Assembly: GCF_002113885.1 (NCBI RefSeq)
Contig: NW_018406762.1
Location: 1,266,834 to 1,330,833, forward strand
Direction: 5' to 3'
DNA length: 64,000 nt
Source of the DNA: Mizuhopecten yessoensis
Taxonomy: Eukaryota
Shown: positions 50,133 to 62,264 of the stretch, in pieces
Position numbering within the stretch: position 1 is the stretch's first letter
Layout: the number at the start of each line of letters is the position of its first letter
Program-made: the position numbers and the translations under genes
Notes under the pieces: generated by a model
The model's input: only the letters and a program-made list of their open reading frames with translations
Database searches by the model: none
Told to the model about the DNA's origin: nothing

Positions 50133-51746
50133 TTACAGTTTGATCACGTGTACCTTACCGTTCACGCACCCGATCCATACGTTCCCACACGTGTCCACAC
50201 CCACCGCTGTAGGTTCATTCACCTTAAGGAATGTCCAATTAATGAGACACGTGGCTTGTGTACTATCTCCCGGTAGGACATAAACCTGATTGTTGTAGGA
50301 GTCTGGTACAAACAGTCTGTCGTACTTGTCACGTGACATCTTAAACAGGTTCCTAATAATTGGCTTTGAACTGCTGTTGTTTTCACCAGACCATTTGTAT
50401 TTGGTTGTACCAAAACTGTCTGTTATGATTGATATATCAAAATGGTCTGACACTGCAATGTTTCCTGACGACAAACATGTAATACACTTCCCATCCGTTC
50501 CACACGGCACCTTCCTCACAATCGTACCTGAATGATTCAGAACCACTATGACTGGTGTACCTGTACTAACAAACACCTCGTCCTTCTCGTTGATGCTGAT
50601 GTCATATGCTTTATGTGGTCTGATGTCAGCAAATGTTGTCAATAGTTTGTTGTTTAGTGATATTTTATATACAAATGTACTAGGTGGATTACTGGTCATA
50701 AGTATGTCTGTTGTTCCGACACTGGTGGTTCGGTACGGACAGAAGTCCAGTTTAACTGTCTCTTTGACCACACCCTCCCTGTTGACCAGTACAAGACCCC
50801 GGTTATGGTCTATTGATAACCACGCGTGCCTGTCGTCAACAGGAGAGATGCTTGATATTTTCTTTAGCTGAGTAACAGTAAACCTAGAAAGACGTTGAAC
50901 GTTATTACTGTCGATTTTTATCTTCTCGTACTCGTGCAATTCCCCTAACATTTTCGTCAACAGAACGTGGTCGATACTTCCGGTAACAAAGCTTGGTTGT
51001 TTCGGTAGCCCGAATTTCACCTCAACGTCATACAGGGGCAAAGTTTTCCTCAATGACATTTCTGTTTGAAAAATAAATACACTAGATGTATCAATCACTT
51101 CCGCCTTTTCAAGCAGACACGTCAGCTCTTCGACATTTTTCTCTAAATTTTTAATATCGTTCTTGTACAGCAGTGATTCCTCTTTTTCTAAAGATGCTAA
51201 ATCGGTCAGCACTGCTTCCGCGATAGAATCTACTTCTGCCTTTAACTTAGTCCTCTGAGAGTTTACCTCTTTCCTCGTTGTATCAATGTTGTCTTTGAAC
51301 GTTTTGTTCACGCGTTGTCGCTCTGACGTCACGTTCTTGAAATGTGCTATTTTATCAGCTATCGTTGTCTTATGTTTCTTAAAATGTTCCTTTCTGACAG
51401 ACAGTTCGTCTTCCAAAAGTTTCCAGTTGTGGTGTTTATGATTTTTAGATAAACATATTAAACAAAGCAACGCATCGCAATCCGAGCAGAAAAGATCATA
51501 CAGTTTACCGGGATGGATTTTACATACCTGTGGTACAGGCTTGTCGCCCTGACGGTTAGCCTCTCCTATCGGTACGACGTCGTCGTTTTGAGTTTTCTTT
51601 CCTCGTTGATGGAATTCCTTACACCGGTCACATAAATTCTCCTGACAATGGTTGCAATACCATCTTACCCCGTCTTCACTGTCAAATAAAGCACAAGTGA
51701 AGGTTACGGGCTCCTGAACAATGCGTACGGGTCTGTTTCCTGCCAT
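50133..51746 (-). CDS. Intronless RING-less TRIM-like protein (B-box x2, coiled coil, NHL-type beta-propeller), TRIM-B, 537 aa
   Basis: Open ORF from the ATG at 51746 (MAGNRP); C/H B-box motifs, helical coiled coil, NHL-like repeats (PTAVGVDTCGNVWIG). First B-box reads CALF instead of CxxC. Confidence 0.88.
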   Translation of the reverse strand: MAGNRPVRIVQEPVTFTCALFDSEDGVRWYCNHCQENLCDRCKEFHQRGKKTQNDDVVPIGEANRQGDKPVPQVCKIHPGKLYDLFCSDCDALLCLICLSKNHKHHNWKLLEDELSVRKEHFKKHKTTIADKIAHFKNVTSERQRVNKTFKDNIDTTRKEVNSQRTKLKAEVDSIAEAVLTDLASLEKEESLLYKNDIKNLEKNVEELTCLLEKAEVIDTSSVFIFQTEMSLRKTLPLYDVEVKFGLPKQPSFVTGSIDHVLLTKMLGELHEYEKIKIDSNNVQRLSRFTVTQLKKISSISPVDDRHAWLSIDHNRGLVLVNREGVVKETVKLDFCPYRTTSVGTTDILMTSNPPSTFVYKISLNNKLLTTFADIRPHKAYDISINEKDEVFVSTGTPVIVVLNHSGTIVRKVPCGTDGKCITCLSSGNIAVSDHFDISIITDSFGTTKYKWSGENNSSSKPIIRNLFKMSRDKYDRLFVPDSYNNQVYVLPGDSTQATCLINWTFLKVNEPTAVGVDTCGNVWIGCVNGKVHVIKL

Positions 51747-53120
51747 AGTATACGTTACTTGATTAAACACGTTAATGCTTTACCTGCAGAGAAATACAAT
51801 TCTTTCTGCATTAATGTCAGTACAACTTTAACTATACACTTCCTTGTCACGGATGTATCACGTGATAAGTCCGATAACGATATAGACATATTATGTCCTT
51901 GACTCTTGGCGTGATACCAAAAATTAAAGGACTTGCTCTCGTGAAAGGTCAAAATGTTCGACTGACTTGATTGTTTTGAGACATACGTTATTTTAAAGAG
52001 AATAGGAGAAAATTTCAAATATGAAGGAAATGATATATATTTCTGCCAGTTCTTTTGCTAATGTCGTTCAAACATACACATTTTACGTAATAAGTGATTC
52101 CAAATGGTGTTATCCGAAGTATTTGACTGTTTTCACAATTGATGAAATATTTTTTCTTCTAGATTTTGTAAGTTAAAAGTCCTCAAATTATATTTTGATC
52201 TCAGAGAAGCAGTTTGGGTTTCCCCTACCCCGTATTTTTTGAATAAAATAAAACCTTCAATGTTTTCATTGTTTTTTTTTCAGTTTTAATAATTGATATA
52301 AAAAAGTATTCACTGAATTGAAAGAAAATGCGATTCCCTTCCTAAAAGGTTTCCTTATTAGTTGATCTTGAAATATTGCCTAGAAAACATTTAATGAGAT
52401 AAAAATATCAACAGCTACAACAAAATGCATTGGAATTAAAATGATTGAATGATATATTTTTATTATATGAATTATCTCCCTTGTAATTAATGCACAAATT
52501 ATGCACATATCTTTTTTCCTATTTCACCATTGATTAATAAATAACCTAGAGTTTAAGTCCGATAAACTATGTAATGGTCAGCGTTTTGATAGAGCAGGTG
52601 ACGACATAGATATTTTTTTCCAAAAAATAAAATAATTATAGAAACTTGATATATCACTTTCAACTGTTTCCGAGATAAACTTAAAATGAAAACAAAAAAA
52701 ATCATTACTGCCACATTTAGGAACAAGTTGGAAAAATAACATTTATTTTCATTGTAGGAACTGCCTCCTTTGTATTTGTAGGGAAGTTGGAACATTAGGG
52801 TGTCACCGCGATTTATATAAGGAATATGATTCACTATCTCAACCACACATAGCGTCATTAAAGCCGCATGGTCAGTAATATATGTGTCACATTATCCAAC
52901 TTTTATCATTCTGATTAAAAACTGACGTCAGAGCAACGCGTGAAAAATTATCAATGTAAGATTCATTAAAAAAGACCACTTTTTTCGTAGTTATTGTACA
53001 AACAAGGAAATTGACATGATATATATACAAAACGTCGATATATACCTATGCAACTTTGACTTTCTATTTACGTAGTAAAACATGTAGCAATCTGACGGCT
53101 TGCTTAATTTTAAAATTTAA

Positions 53121-55483
53121 ATGGAGCGGCGTACAGGTGGATGGATACTGTTACCGCTGGTGATCTGTTTAACATACAGCCAAGGTAAAATTAGATACCA
53201 CATTCATTCATATACTTGGTACTATTTCAGTTTGCTCAATATAAACCCTAGCTCAGAATTATGGAAAAAATTATTGTGATATATATAAGTATGTGTAATG
53301 AAAATATATCGGTTTTGGCTTGACTGTCTAAATGGTAAATCCAAATGTGGAAACAATTGACTTTATTGCAGAAATACCTAGTGAGAAAACTTTCAATCTG
53401 TACGTTTAAAATCCAAGTTTTTGCAGTAAACACAATATACAAAACATATTCTGGGAATTAGTTAAATTTGATGGACAATTTATTTTTCTTACAGCCCGGC
53501 TATGTTTCATCTGTGGATATAACGCACCTACAGACGGAAAAATGGGCATCAATTGTGTGGACGATACGTCTAAGGTAGCAGAATACAGTAGAAATGGCCC
53601 GACTCTGATAAACAAGGCACATGTCGAGGAAATGTAAACACAGCGGATTTACCCTACACAACACATGTATACATGTATATATATTTGTAAACTGCATTAC
53701 ATTTACAACACATATAAAGTACTGAGAAGTGTATAAACCTCTTTTTTCTATGTATGTCACTTGTGTGAAAACAATGGTTACCCTATCAAAAATTACCAAA
53801 AAATGCCAAAAAATGCCAAAAATTGCTATTTTTAACCCAAAATGTGACCCCCGCAACTAGTATTTTTTTTCTAAGCTCTGTCTGAAATTAAAGATTACCT
53901 ACCTGGTTGCAGAATTATCTGGGTCCCAGTAAAGTTGTAAAACTATTGTTTTTGCAATTTTGCGTCGTGTGCTGTTGTCAAAATTTTACTTCCTGTAAAG
54001 CTAGCTTTTCATGTGTACGCAACCTTTCGGATTATGGCCAAAATTTTTATTCTCGAACCAAAAAAATCTTCTCTCTTTTTTACAAATGTGAAGCTCACAT
54101 ATCCCACTTCATCATGCTTATACCAATTTTAGTACAGTTTTATTTTTATATTTCTTTTACATATCATTATACAGGTGTTAGCCATTTAACAAAAATATCA
54201 CCCATGGCCACAACCCTCTACTGTACACTGCTACCTACAGCAAGTGTCCATACCAATTGCTCCAACGACCGGGTGTGTACATTCGATGTCCAGCTCCTCA
54301 AAAGTAAGTCCCATATTTTTTTTTTATATCTATTTTGCTATTTTATGCTTTAAAGAAAGTTGAGTCATTCATTGAAATAAATTCACGATACAGTATTTTT
54401 GTCTTTTTTAAATCAGTCTTTTTTTGTTTGTGGCCGTACGAAAATGTCCTTCTGTGGTCTGGTTCCATCCAAATAGGTCTTTCTGTGGTTTTAATTAAGG
54501 ATCTTACACAAGTTGACATTTCTATGAGATTTATGAAAAAAGTCTGTAGCAACATATAATATCAATGAACTATCAAATGCGTTCAGTATCATTCTATTCG
54601 CCATCGTTATTTCGTACTAACCGATAGTTGTAATAAAGAGGAAAAATTCCGAGAACACGGAGACCACAATCAACATCAATAGCCAATTTCAATCAGAATC
54701 TCTGATTCATGACAACAGTGTTTTAAAAGAGTTTCCAAATTAAACGAAATCTAGCGAGCTATAATTAGAATAAGTGAGCATCATGAATCTTATATGAAAA
54801 TTAAACGAATATAAGATACTCTTTATCACTTAATCTACATATGTTTCAATTAATCACGAATTTGGTTTACCTGACAAATGAAATAATAATTATCGACATT
54901 TCACTTTAATCCTTTTTGTTTTATGACGTAACAATGCAAATTAAGATTAGTGACGTCATGAAGTCATGGCATCACGATTAAAACTATACAAATCTACAGC
55001 CAGTAACAGCTTCGCTAGGTGCTATAACCATGATGACAGGATATTTTTGCGTCAAATATATGTTTACTCGTTATTATTTGCGTCATTCAGTGGTTTAAAA
55101 GACCACACTGACCAAGCATAACGAAACCTGCACATAGTTGATGCATTCAAAATCGCATCAGAAGCAAAATATAAATGAAGATAATTTCTGACACACAATG
55201 TCCGTTTTCTGTAGGTTCACTCGAGTTTGTGTCAGTGACCCGGAACTGTCTTCCATCCTCCGCCCCTCGTTCCAACACGTGCTTAGACGACTGGACACAC
55301 CGACAGTGTACATTTTCATGTAATACGTACTTGTGTAACAGCTTGACGGCCCAGGAACTCAACAATCGATACGGCGACAGGGGAGCGAACTCTGCACATT
55401 CCTCGGTCGAAATTATCTCCCTTGTTTCCAGTTCTCTCGTGGTGTGCACTGTTTGGATTGTAAAGACACGGATTAGTCTCTAA
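53121..55483 (+). pseudogene. Ly6/uPAR gene copy 2, exon 2 interrupted by a TIR element
   Basis: Exons 53121-53184, 53495-53573 + 54238-54303 (split), and 55215-55483. Read-through into the insertion hits a stop at ~53635. L>P in the signal peptide and D>Y in CNTDLCN. Confidence 0.8.
53574..54235. mobile_element. ~660-bp non-autonomous DNA transposon in Ly6 copy 2 exon 2
   Basis: TIRs GGTAGCAGAATACAGTAGA / TCTACTGTACACTGCTACC; flanks TAA / TAC; empty site TCTAAAGCA in copy 1. Confidence 0.9.
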
Positions 55484-58400
55484 TTGGTGTAAGACATATA
55501 TTACGGAACCTTGTAAATCCGTAATCCGGAAATCAAGAAAGAACGTTGTCTAGATATTGATATAAGATACATTGTTTCCACTTCGAGGAAAGGGAGACAA
55601 ACAGAAAATATGTTTCTCTTTCCAGTTACTACACAATATCCACCTGCACGTAAAGTTCTATGACTAATAAAATATTAAATCATACATTATTACAGCTCTT
55701 AATCATCAAGTTAAAAAATTGTGAAGATTTAAATAATTACTATTTTCCAATCGTTTTTTAGTGTTAATAAGTTTAACCTTTATGTTTTTCAAAACATGAT
55801 TTATTCGGGTATCTTATGTATGTTATACATGTGTCATACGCTGGACATCTACGTGAGATTAATAGTATATTTCGCCCCTTTTGGTTTAATAAAGTGAATC
55901 CCTTATCATGGCGAGGTGTATCCACGTCTGCCCTAGTGTGATAATCATTTACTATTTGTCCTTTTGGGTCTTAGATAGGGAATCTAGGACCGAAAGAGAA
56001 GATTCCTAAGTAGTCAAACACGACGCTCGCCAAGTGTTTGGCAACTGCGGTATCTTAAAAACTGTTAACTCCTTCCCGATGGTGGATATTTTCCCGTTTT
56101 ATCCCAAAATAATTGGATTATTCTTTTTCTCTTATCCTGTTTGCTCTGTCATCTGTTCAATGTTGACATTGACATTTGCAACGAAATAGTTGGAAACCGT
56201 TATTAATCATGCGAATGTTGTTTGATCAATGATAATTATATGCACTGCATCCTCTTTTTCTTCCATTGCCCCATCGTAAACTTTTCTATAAGGATTGCCT
56301 CCCTCCATTGATATTCAATACATGTTTCTTATGCGTCTTTGGAATGTGTCCTTAATTCTTTTATTCTTTCAATCATTTTGTGTACGTCTAACACGTGTCA
56401 TAAATATTTGCGCACGGTTGAAATGTGTCATACATTCTCTTATACCCCTGAAATGTGTCATCAATACTTGAATTCCGCTCAAATTTGTCCTCAGCGTTTG
56501 TTTATTATGTTAATGTTCTCAATTTAATTATAACATCAATTAATATATTTAGTTTGAATTACCAATCTTACATTATGTTTTAGTGTGAATCTCTCATGGA
56601 TATGAAATGGAAGTCAGTTCAGACAGCATATAGGTTGTGATGTGAAGTCACAAAGAGAAAACATATATTCCGTTTGGGCTAGGTTCTTAGTTCTCGGTGC
56701 GTTTGACGCTGGATTCACTTTAACTATAACATCTGAACGACTCACGAACACTTATCTGGTGAATTGAATTCTATATTATAAGATAAGAAATCGATATAAA
56801 TTTATGATATGACAACATATCCAAACATCAGAGAGCGATATTTGTTGACTTTTAAAACATGTTCAACCATCAATAACTATTGCCTGTATATTATAAGATA
56901 AGAAAAACGATGTAAATTTATGATATTACTACATATCCAAACTTCAGAAAGCGATCTTTGTTGACTTTTAAACATGTTCAGCCATCAATAACTATTGCCT
57001 GTATATTATAACATAAGAAAAACGATATTAATTTATGATATTACAACATATCCAAACAAGCAAAACATCACAAAGTGATATTAGTTTTATATTTTTTTTA
57101 CCTGTTCAACCATCGAATATTATTCCTATAAGTCATGCCTGTACATATATCTGGTTATTGTTGTATTCGTTAATTTACAGTCTATTTATATTAAGTGATG
57201 ATATTTTTATTTTTTTTCAACCTTTAATAAAACAGTCAACATGGAATTAATGTCCTTGTATATTGTATAATGTATTAGAGTGAGAGTTAAACTATTTGTG
57301 AGTGATAGCAATTTATGATATTTTATCATGTTAAAATATTACTATTAAAACACAATGTCATTTTCGTCTGTCCGCTTGACTGTAATGTCTGTTTTGTGAA
57401 AGATCTCATTGATTTAGTACGGCTTTGCTTTATGGTATTAAAGATATCTACATAAACATGGCCTTTGCCTTGTAATTATATACATAGATTCGTTATTTTA
57501 TTCAGATATTCTAGTAATTCATGGGAGTCTTAATTACGCAAAATGAACACATCAACAATAAGATTCATTTCCCGTAGAGGGCTTTAGAGCATCGACTTAA
57601 TTTTAACAATTGTAACTGTTACAAATTACACAGCAAAGACTGGACACAAGTTATAGTAACCTACAAAATCATCTCCTATGCTAGGCACACTACAGGGTTT
57701 GATACCAGTCATTTAGAAATCATAAATAAATTAAAACGCAGTCGAGTTGACTTTTGTTTTAAAAGTTGATTTGCAAATCAATAAATAAAAAAAAGTTTTT
57801 GTAGGAATTATGGATTTAAAAAACCCCAACAAATCATTTATGTCAACGGTTTCCTTGCAAATATAGCTTCGACACTCAAGGTGTTAAGTTCCCTGGAATA
57901 TGTCATGACAACATCGAAGTCTCCGTACGTGCAACCTTCTGAATGAATTGACGTCGGGTGCTGCCCCTCTAATCCTCTAAGTTTTACTTTTGTTTACATG
58001 AGACCAATCCAACAGCTACCTGCGTACTTAAGTTTTCACTACAACATATTCCACGGCTGCAGAGATCGTAAGTGAGCGTGACTCCTGGAGTATCGAGGGG
58101 GCCTCCCAAAAGACAACGTATTATGATGTTTCGACCGTTAAACTGGAAAACTTACGCTTTTAATTTCGTTGGCTAGTTATTATTGGTTTGCTTTCCGAGA
58201 CGATTGATAGTTTACATATAACGTCCACATACCAAAGGCGTAAGCAATTCTATTACAAATATGGACAAAAAGGCGGGAAATCTAAATACTCATGACTTAA
58301 TTTCTAGTTTTTCGTGTAGTTTCTTGTCTGTCAAATCCGTCAGTAAACTAACAGGAATGTTGATCATGAGTTCTTCCCTCATTTTTTTCAGTTCACGGAT

Positions 58401-59112
58401 TTTTCGCTTATTGAATAATCGCTTTAAATGCATAATCAGTCGCACCGGGCCTGCCACCAGGATACGATCTAGCAGCGGCGAGTGAAAAATGTTGGAATCG
58501 CAGTTAAATCGTAGAAAGATCGTGCGTTCTATGACACTAAAACGGAACAAAACACAATAACATTTGTTTTGATATTCACTTCAACTAAGAGAATTTGTGA
58601 TGCACCACATCCCTCCCCTCCCCCCCGTTTCCATCAAATATTGAAGCTGCTTAGGATAGGAGATGGCGCATTGATACACATGTGAGATATTTAGTGGATT
58701 TTACAAATATCACGACGTCATTCTCGAAAAGAAATATTTATTCAATTAGGAATAATTCGGACAGGAAAGGAAAATAAGATAAAATACAATAAAAATAATA
58801 TTAGGCAAAATTAACACTGATATACGAACTGAACATTCAGAAAAAATCTTTATATATAGTGAAGATGAAGCAAGCAGAATTATTTTATAGCTTCGAGTTA
58901 CTTCCCTGTCTACGTAGGAATCTCTTATTTTCATAGACTTTTCGTCCCATAAATTGGACTCCAATTTCGGTACTAATTTCTTGGATGGAAGTATTACCGT
59001 AGTGGAATATTTCATTTACAAGCAAATAACAGTAACAGTGGTAATAATGGAATTCAACTAATTGCTGCCCTCAAATAAATAACAAACAATACAAAGACAC
59101 AGCAGTAATACA

Positions 59113-59985
59113 AACAAGAGGTCCAGAGGGCCTGTATCGCTCACCTGAATACTTAAGCAGCCAAAGCAAACTATTCTCATCAAATATTATATTGCACTAC
59201 AAACATTTCCCTCGCAAACTTTGTCGGTTCTATCTGGTGAAACTACCAGCTAAATAATATTATAAGATTCTATGCATTTTGGTTTTTTTTCAGAAGTAGT
59301 TTGACATATTTTCCCCTGTGACCTTGTAAGTAGGTCAATGTCATTCTCCTTCTCAAACGTTATAAGCTCTATCCCAAAAAAGGCTACCAATCTAACCTAT
59401 GAATCCATTCCTTTTGGTTCTTTAGAACAAATTGTTTGATATGTTGTTGACCTCTGTGACCTTTAAAATAGGTTGAGGTCATTTTCATTTGCAATCTTTA
59501 GTGAGCTCTATCCCAGGAATCCAAATATGAAGATTCCATACCTTTTAGTTCTTCAGGAGAAGTGGTTTGAAGCAATTGACATATTGAACCGCTGTGACCT
59601 TGAAAGTAGGTCAATGTCATTTTAATGGGGTAACATTTTAGCACTCCATTCCTAGGTACCTACTGGCAAAATAGCATGATCCTATGCCTTATAGAACTTG
59701 AGAAGAATATTGTTTAAGAGGAAACATTATAGCACTCCATCCTAAGTATCGACTTGCAACATATTATGACCCTGGACCTTATGGGGCTTGAGAGGAATAT
59801 TGTTAAAGTTTTTAACATATTTGACCCCTGTGACCTTGAAAGTAGGTCAAATATCATAACACTAAGTCATCAAGTTCTTCAGAAGAAGTCGCTCAGAGAA
59901 AAAGTTGACGGACAGACGGACAACGGACGCTGCAGTGCGGCATAAGCTCACATTCGCATGGCCTTTTGGTCCCTGTGAGCTATTA
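59113..59985 (-). mobile_element. Helentron/HINE-like element, present in copy 2 only
   Basis: aacaagaggtccagagggcct..gctcacctg end hairpin, internal TGTGACCTTGAAAGTAGGTCAA repeats, ggacagacggac microsatellite, gctca..tgagcta subTIR; empty site aatacaaa|taaaaag at ~35303. Confidence 0.85.
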
Positions 59986-60644
59986 AAATGACTATTTAGA
60001 GTTTCATTTTTAATTTTTTTAATTGTGTTTTCTGCATGAATAGAAAATCATAAATAATGTGCAAATATAATACCATTTAAAAGTATGTAATTGGATGTTT
60101 TTATTTTTTGGAAACGAACTTTTTGAGTTACAAAACTTAATGCAGATAATTTCATGCAACACACTCTTAAATATTGATAGTGTTTTTCTGTCTGATTCTC
60201 TCTCTCTCCCCCTTCTCTTTAACTACCTCTTAATGTGTGCATATGATTAATTACGTGGCGCAAAAATGTCTTCAAGAAATATTTCATCATTGCACAAATT
60301 GTAATAATATATTTGAACTTGATGGTACTGGAAATTTTCCTTAAGATGACATGAAATATTTCAAAATAAATCCTTGAAAACTAATTAAATAAATAAAACG
60401 AAACCGTCAGTGCAGTTCACTAGTTAATTCGTTGATCAGTTCAATGATCAGGCATTGTCGGTTCAAAAACCATATGACTTTAAAATGTCATAAACACCAA
60501 TTGATCAATTGTTCAAATGTCTCTACAAAATGAATCGATATTTGAGAGTGTTTATTAGACATTGATGAATTGTTTGTGATGATATTTACATAATGTAGTA
60601 TTGTACGACGAGGTCAAGTGTTTATCATGTACTCTTTCCTCATG

Positions 60645-62264
60645 TTACAGTCTCATGACGTGTACGGTACCGTCCTCACACCCGATCCACACGTTCCCGC
60701 ACGTGTCCACACCCACCGCTATAGGGCTGATCACTCCATGTTTCTGATCCAGGAGACACGTGGCCTGTGTACTATCTCTAGGTAGGACATACACCTGGTT
60801 GTTAGTGTAGTCCGGTACAAATAGTCTGTCGTACTTGTCACGTGACATATTACGGATGTCCCTACTACCAATCTGCTGGCCGTTGTTGAGTTCACCAGAC
60901 CATTTATATTTGGTTGTACCGGATCTGTCTGTTATGATTGATACATTATCATAGTCCGACACTGCAATGTCTCCTGACGACAAACATGTTATACACCACG
61001 CCTTCATTCCACACGTCACCTTCCTCACAATCGTACCTGTCTGATTCAGTACCACTATGTCTGCTGTGTTTGTATTAACAAACACCTCGTCCCTCTCCCC
61101 GATGCTGATGTCGTATGCTTTATGTGGTCTAATGTCAGCAAATGTTGTCACTTGTTTGTTGTGTAGTGATAGTTTATATACAAATGTACTAAATGGATCA
61201 ATGGTCATAAGTATGTCTTTTGTCCCGACAATGTTGGTTTTGTGCGGACAGAAGTCCAGTTTAACTGTCTCTTTGGCCACAGCCTCACTGTTGATCAGTA
61301 CCAGACCCTCGTATTCATGTATTGATAACCACGCGTGACTATCGTCGACTGGACTTATATCCAATATTTGATTTTGCTGAGAAACAGTAAACTTAGAGAG
61401 ACGTTGAACGTGTTTACTGTCGATGTCTGTCTTCTCGTACTGGTCCCCGTGGTGTAATTCACCTAACATTTTCGTCAACAGGATGCGGTTGATATTTCCG
61501 AGAACAAAGCTTGGTTGTTTTGGTGAAACATGTTTCATCTTAAAGTCATACAGGGGCAGAGTTTCCCTCAATGACATTTCCGTTTCAAATATGGATACAC
61601 TAGATGTATCCGTCATTTCCGCCTGTTCAAGCAGACGCGTCAGCTCTTCGACATTTTTCTCCGATCGTTGAATATCTTTCTTGTACAGCAGTGATTCCTC
61701 TTTTTCCAAAGATGCTAACTCGGCTAGCACTGCTTCCGCGATATAATCTACTTCTGCCTTTAACTTAGTCCTCTGTGAGTTTACCTCTTTCCTCGTTGTA
61801 TCAATGTTGTCTTTGAACGTTTTGTTCACGCAATGTCGCTTGGACGTCTCGGCCTTGAAATTTGCTATTTTATCAGCTAACGTTGTCATATGTTCCTTAA
61901 AATGTTCCTTTTTAACAGACAGTTCGTCTTCAAAAGGTTTCCAGTTGTGCTGTTTATGAGTTTTAGATAAACATATCGAACAAATCAATTCGTTGCAGTC
62001 TGAGCAGAACATATCACACAGTTTACCGGGATGTAGTTTACATACCTCTGGCACAGGCTTGTCACCCTTACGGTTAGCCTTCCCTATCGACACGACGTCA
62101 TCGTTTTTAGTTTTTCTTCCGCGTGTATGGGTTTCCTTACACCGGTCACATAAATTCTCCTGACAATCGTTACAGTACCATCTTACCCCGTCTTCACTGT
62201 CACACAAAGCACATGTGTAAGTAACGGGTTCTTGGGCACGCCGTACGGATCTGTTACTTGCCAT
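60645..62264 (-). CDS. Intronless RING-less TRIM-like protein (B-box x2, coiled coil, NHL-type beta-propeller), TRIM-A copy 2, 539 aa, intact
   Basis: ATG at 62264 (MASNRS); CALC..CNDC..CDRC..H and CKLH..CSDC..CSIC..HKQH B-boxes; coiled coil; NHL-like repeats to the stop. Confidence 0.92.
   Translation of the reverse strand: MASNRSVRRAQEPVTYTCALCDSEDGVRWYCNDCQENLCDRCKETHTRGRKTKNDDVVSIGKANRKGDKPVPEVCKLHPGKLCDMFCSDCNELICSICLSKTHKQHNWKPFEDELSVKKEHFKEHMTTLADKIANFKAETSKRHCVNKTFKDNIDTTRKEVNSQRTKLKAEVDYIAEAVLAELASLEKEESLLYKKDIQRSEKNVEELTRLLEQAEMTDTSSVSIFETEMSLRETLPLYDFKMKHVSPKQPSFVLGNINRILLTKMLGELHHGDQYEKTDIDSKHVQRLSKFTVSQQNQILDISPVDDSHAWLSIHEYEGLVLINSEAVAKETVKLDFCPHKTNIVGTKDILMTIDPFSTFVYKLSLHNKQVTTFADIRPHKAYDISIGERDEVFVNTNTADIVVLNQTGTIVRKVTCGMKAWCITCLSSGDIAVSDYDNVSIITDRSGTTKYKWSGELNNGQQIGSRDIRNMSRDKYDRLFVPDYTNNQVYVLPRDSTQATCLLDQKHGVISPIAVGVDTCGNVWIGCEDGTVHVMRL

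Larger units (their letters stand above)
28943..52774. repeat. Tandem segmental duplication, copy 1 (~23.8 kb)
   Basis: Colinear homology to 52775-64000: Ly6 locus, intergenic spacer, TRIM-A, 40975-41500 vs 63320-63890, and 43663-43775 vs 63888-64000. Confidence 0.9.

Noticed and set aside
51747-51770. N-terminal extensions in the ORF track for TRIM-B and TRIM-A2 (62265-62282)
   Set aside because: They start at non-ATG codons; the paralogs agree on the MA(S/G)NR start.
36385-61671. + strand ORFs antisense to the TRIM genes (36385, 36698, 50326, 50548, 61057, 61423)
   Set aside because: Shadow frames of the real - strand CDSs; their recurrence just reflects paralogy.
50133-62264. Gene conversion between TRIM-B and TRIM-A2 (shared IRPHKAYDISI)
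   Set aside because: A1 shares a similar number of residues with B elsewhere, consistent with B as outgroup; a formal test is needed.
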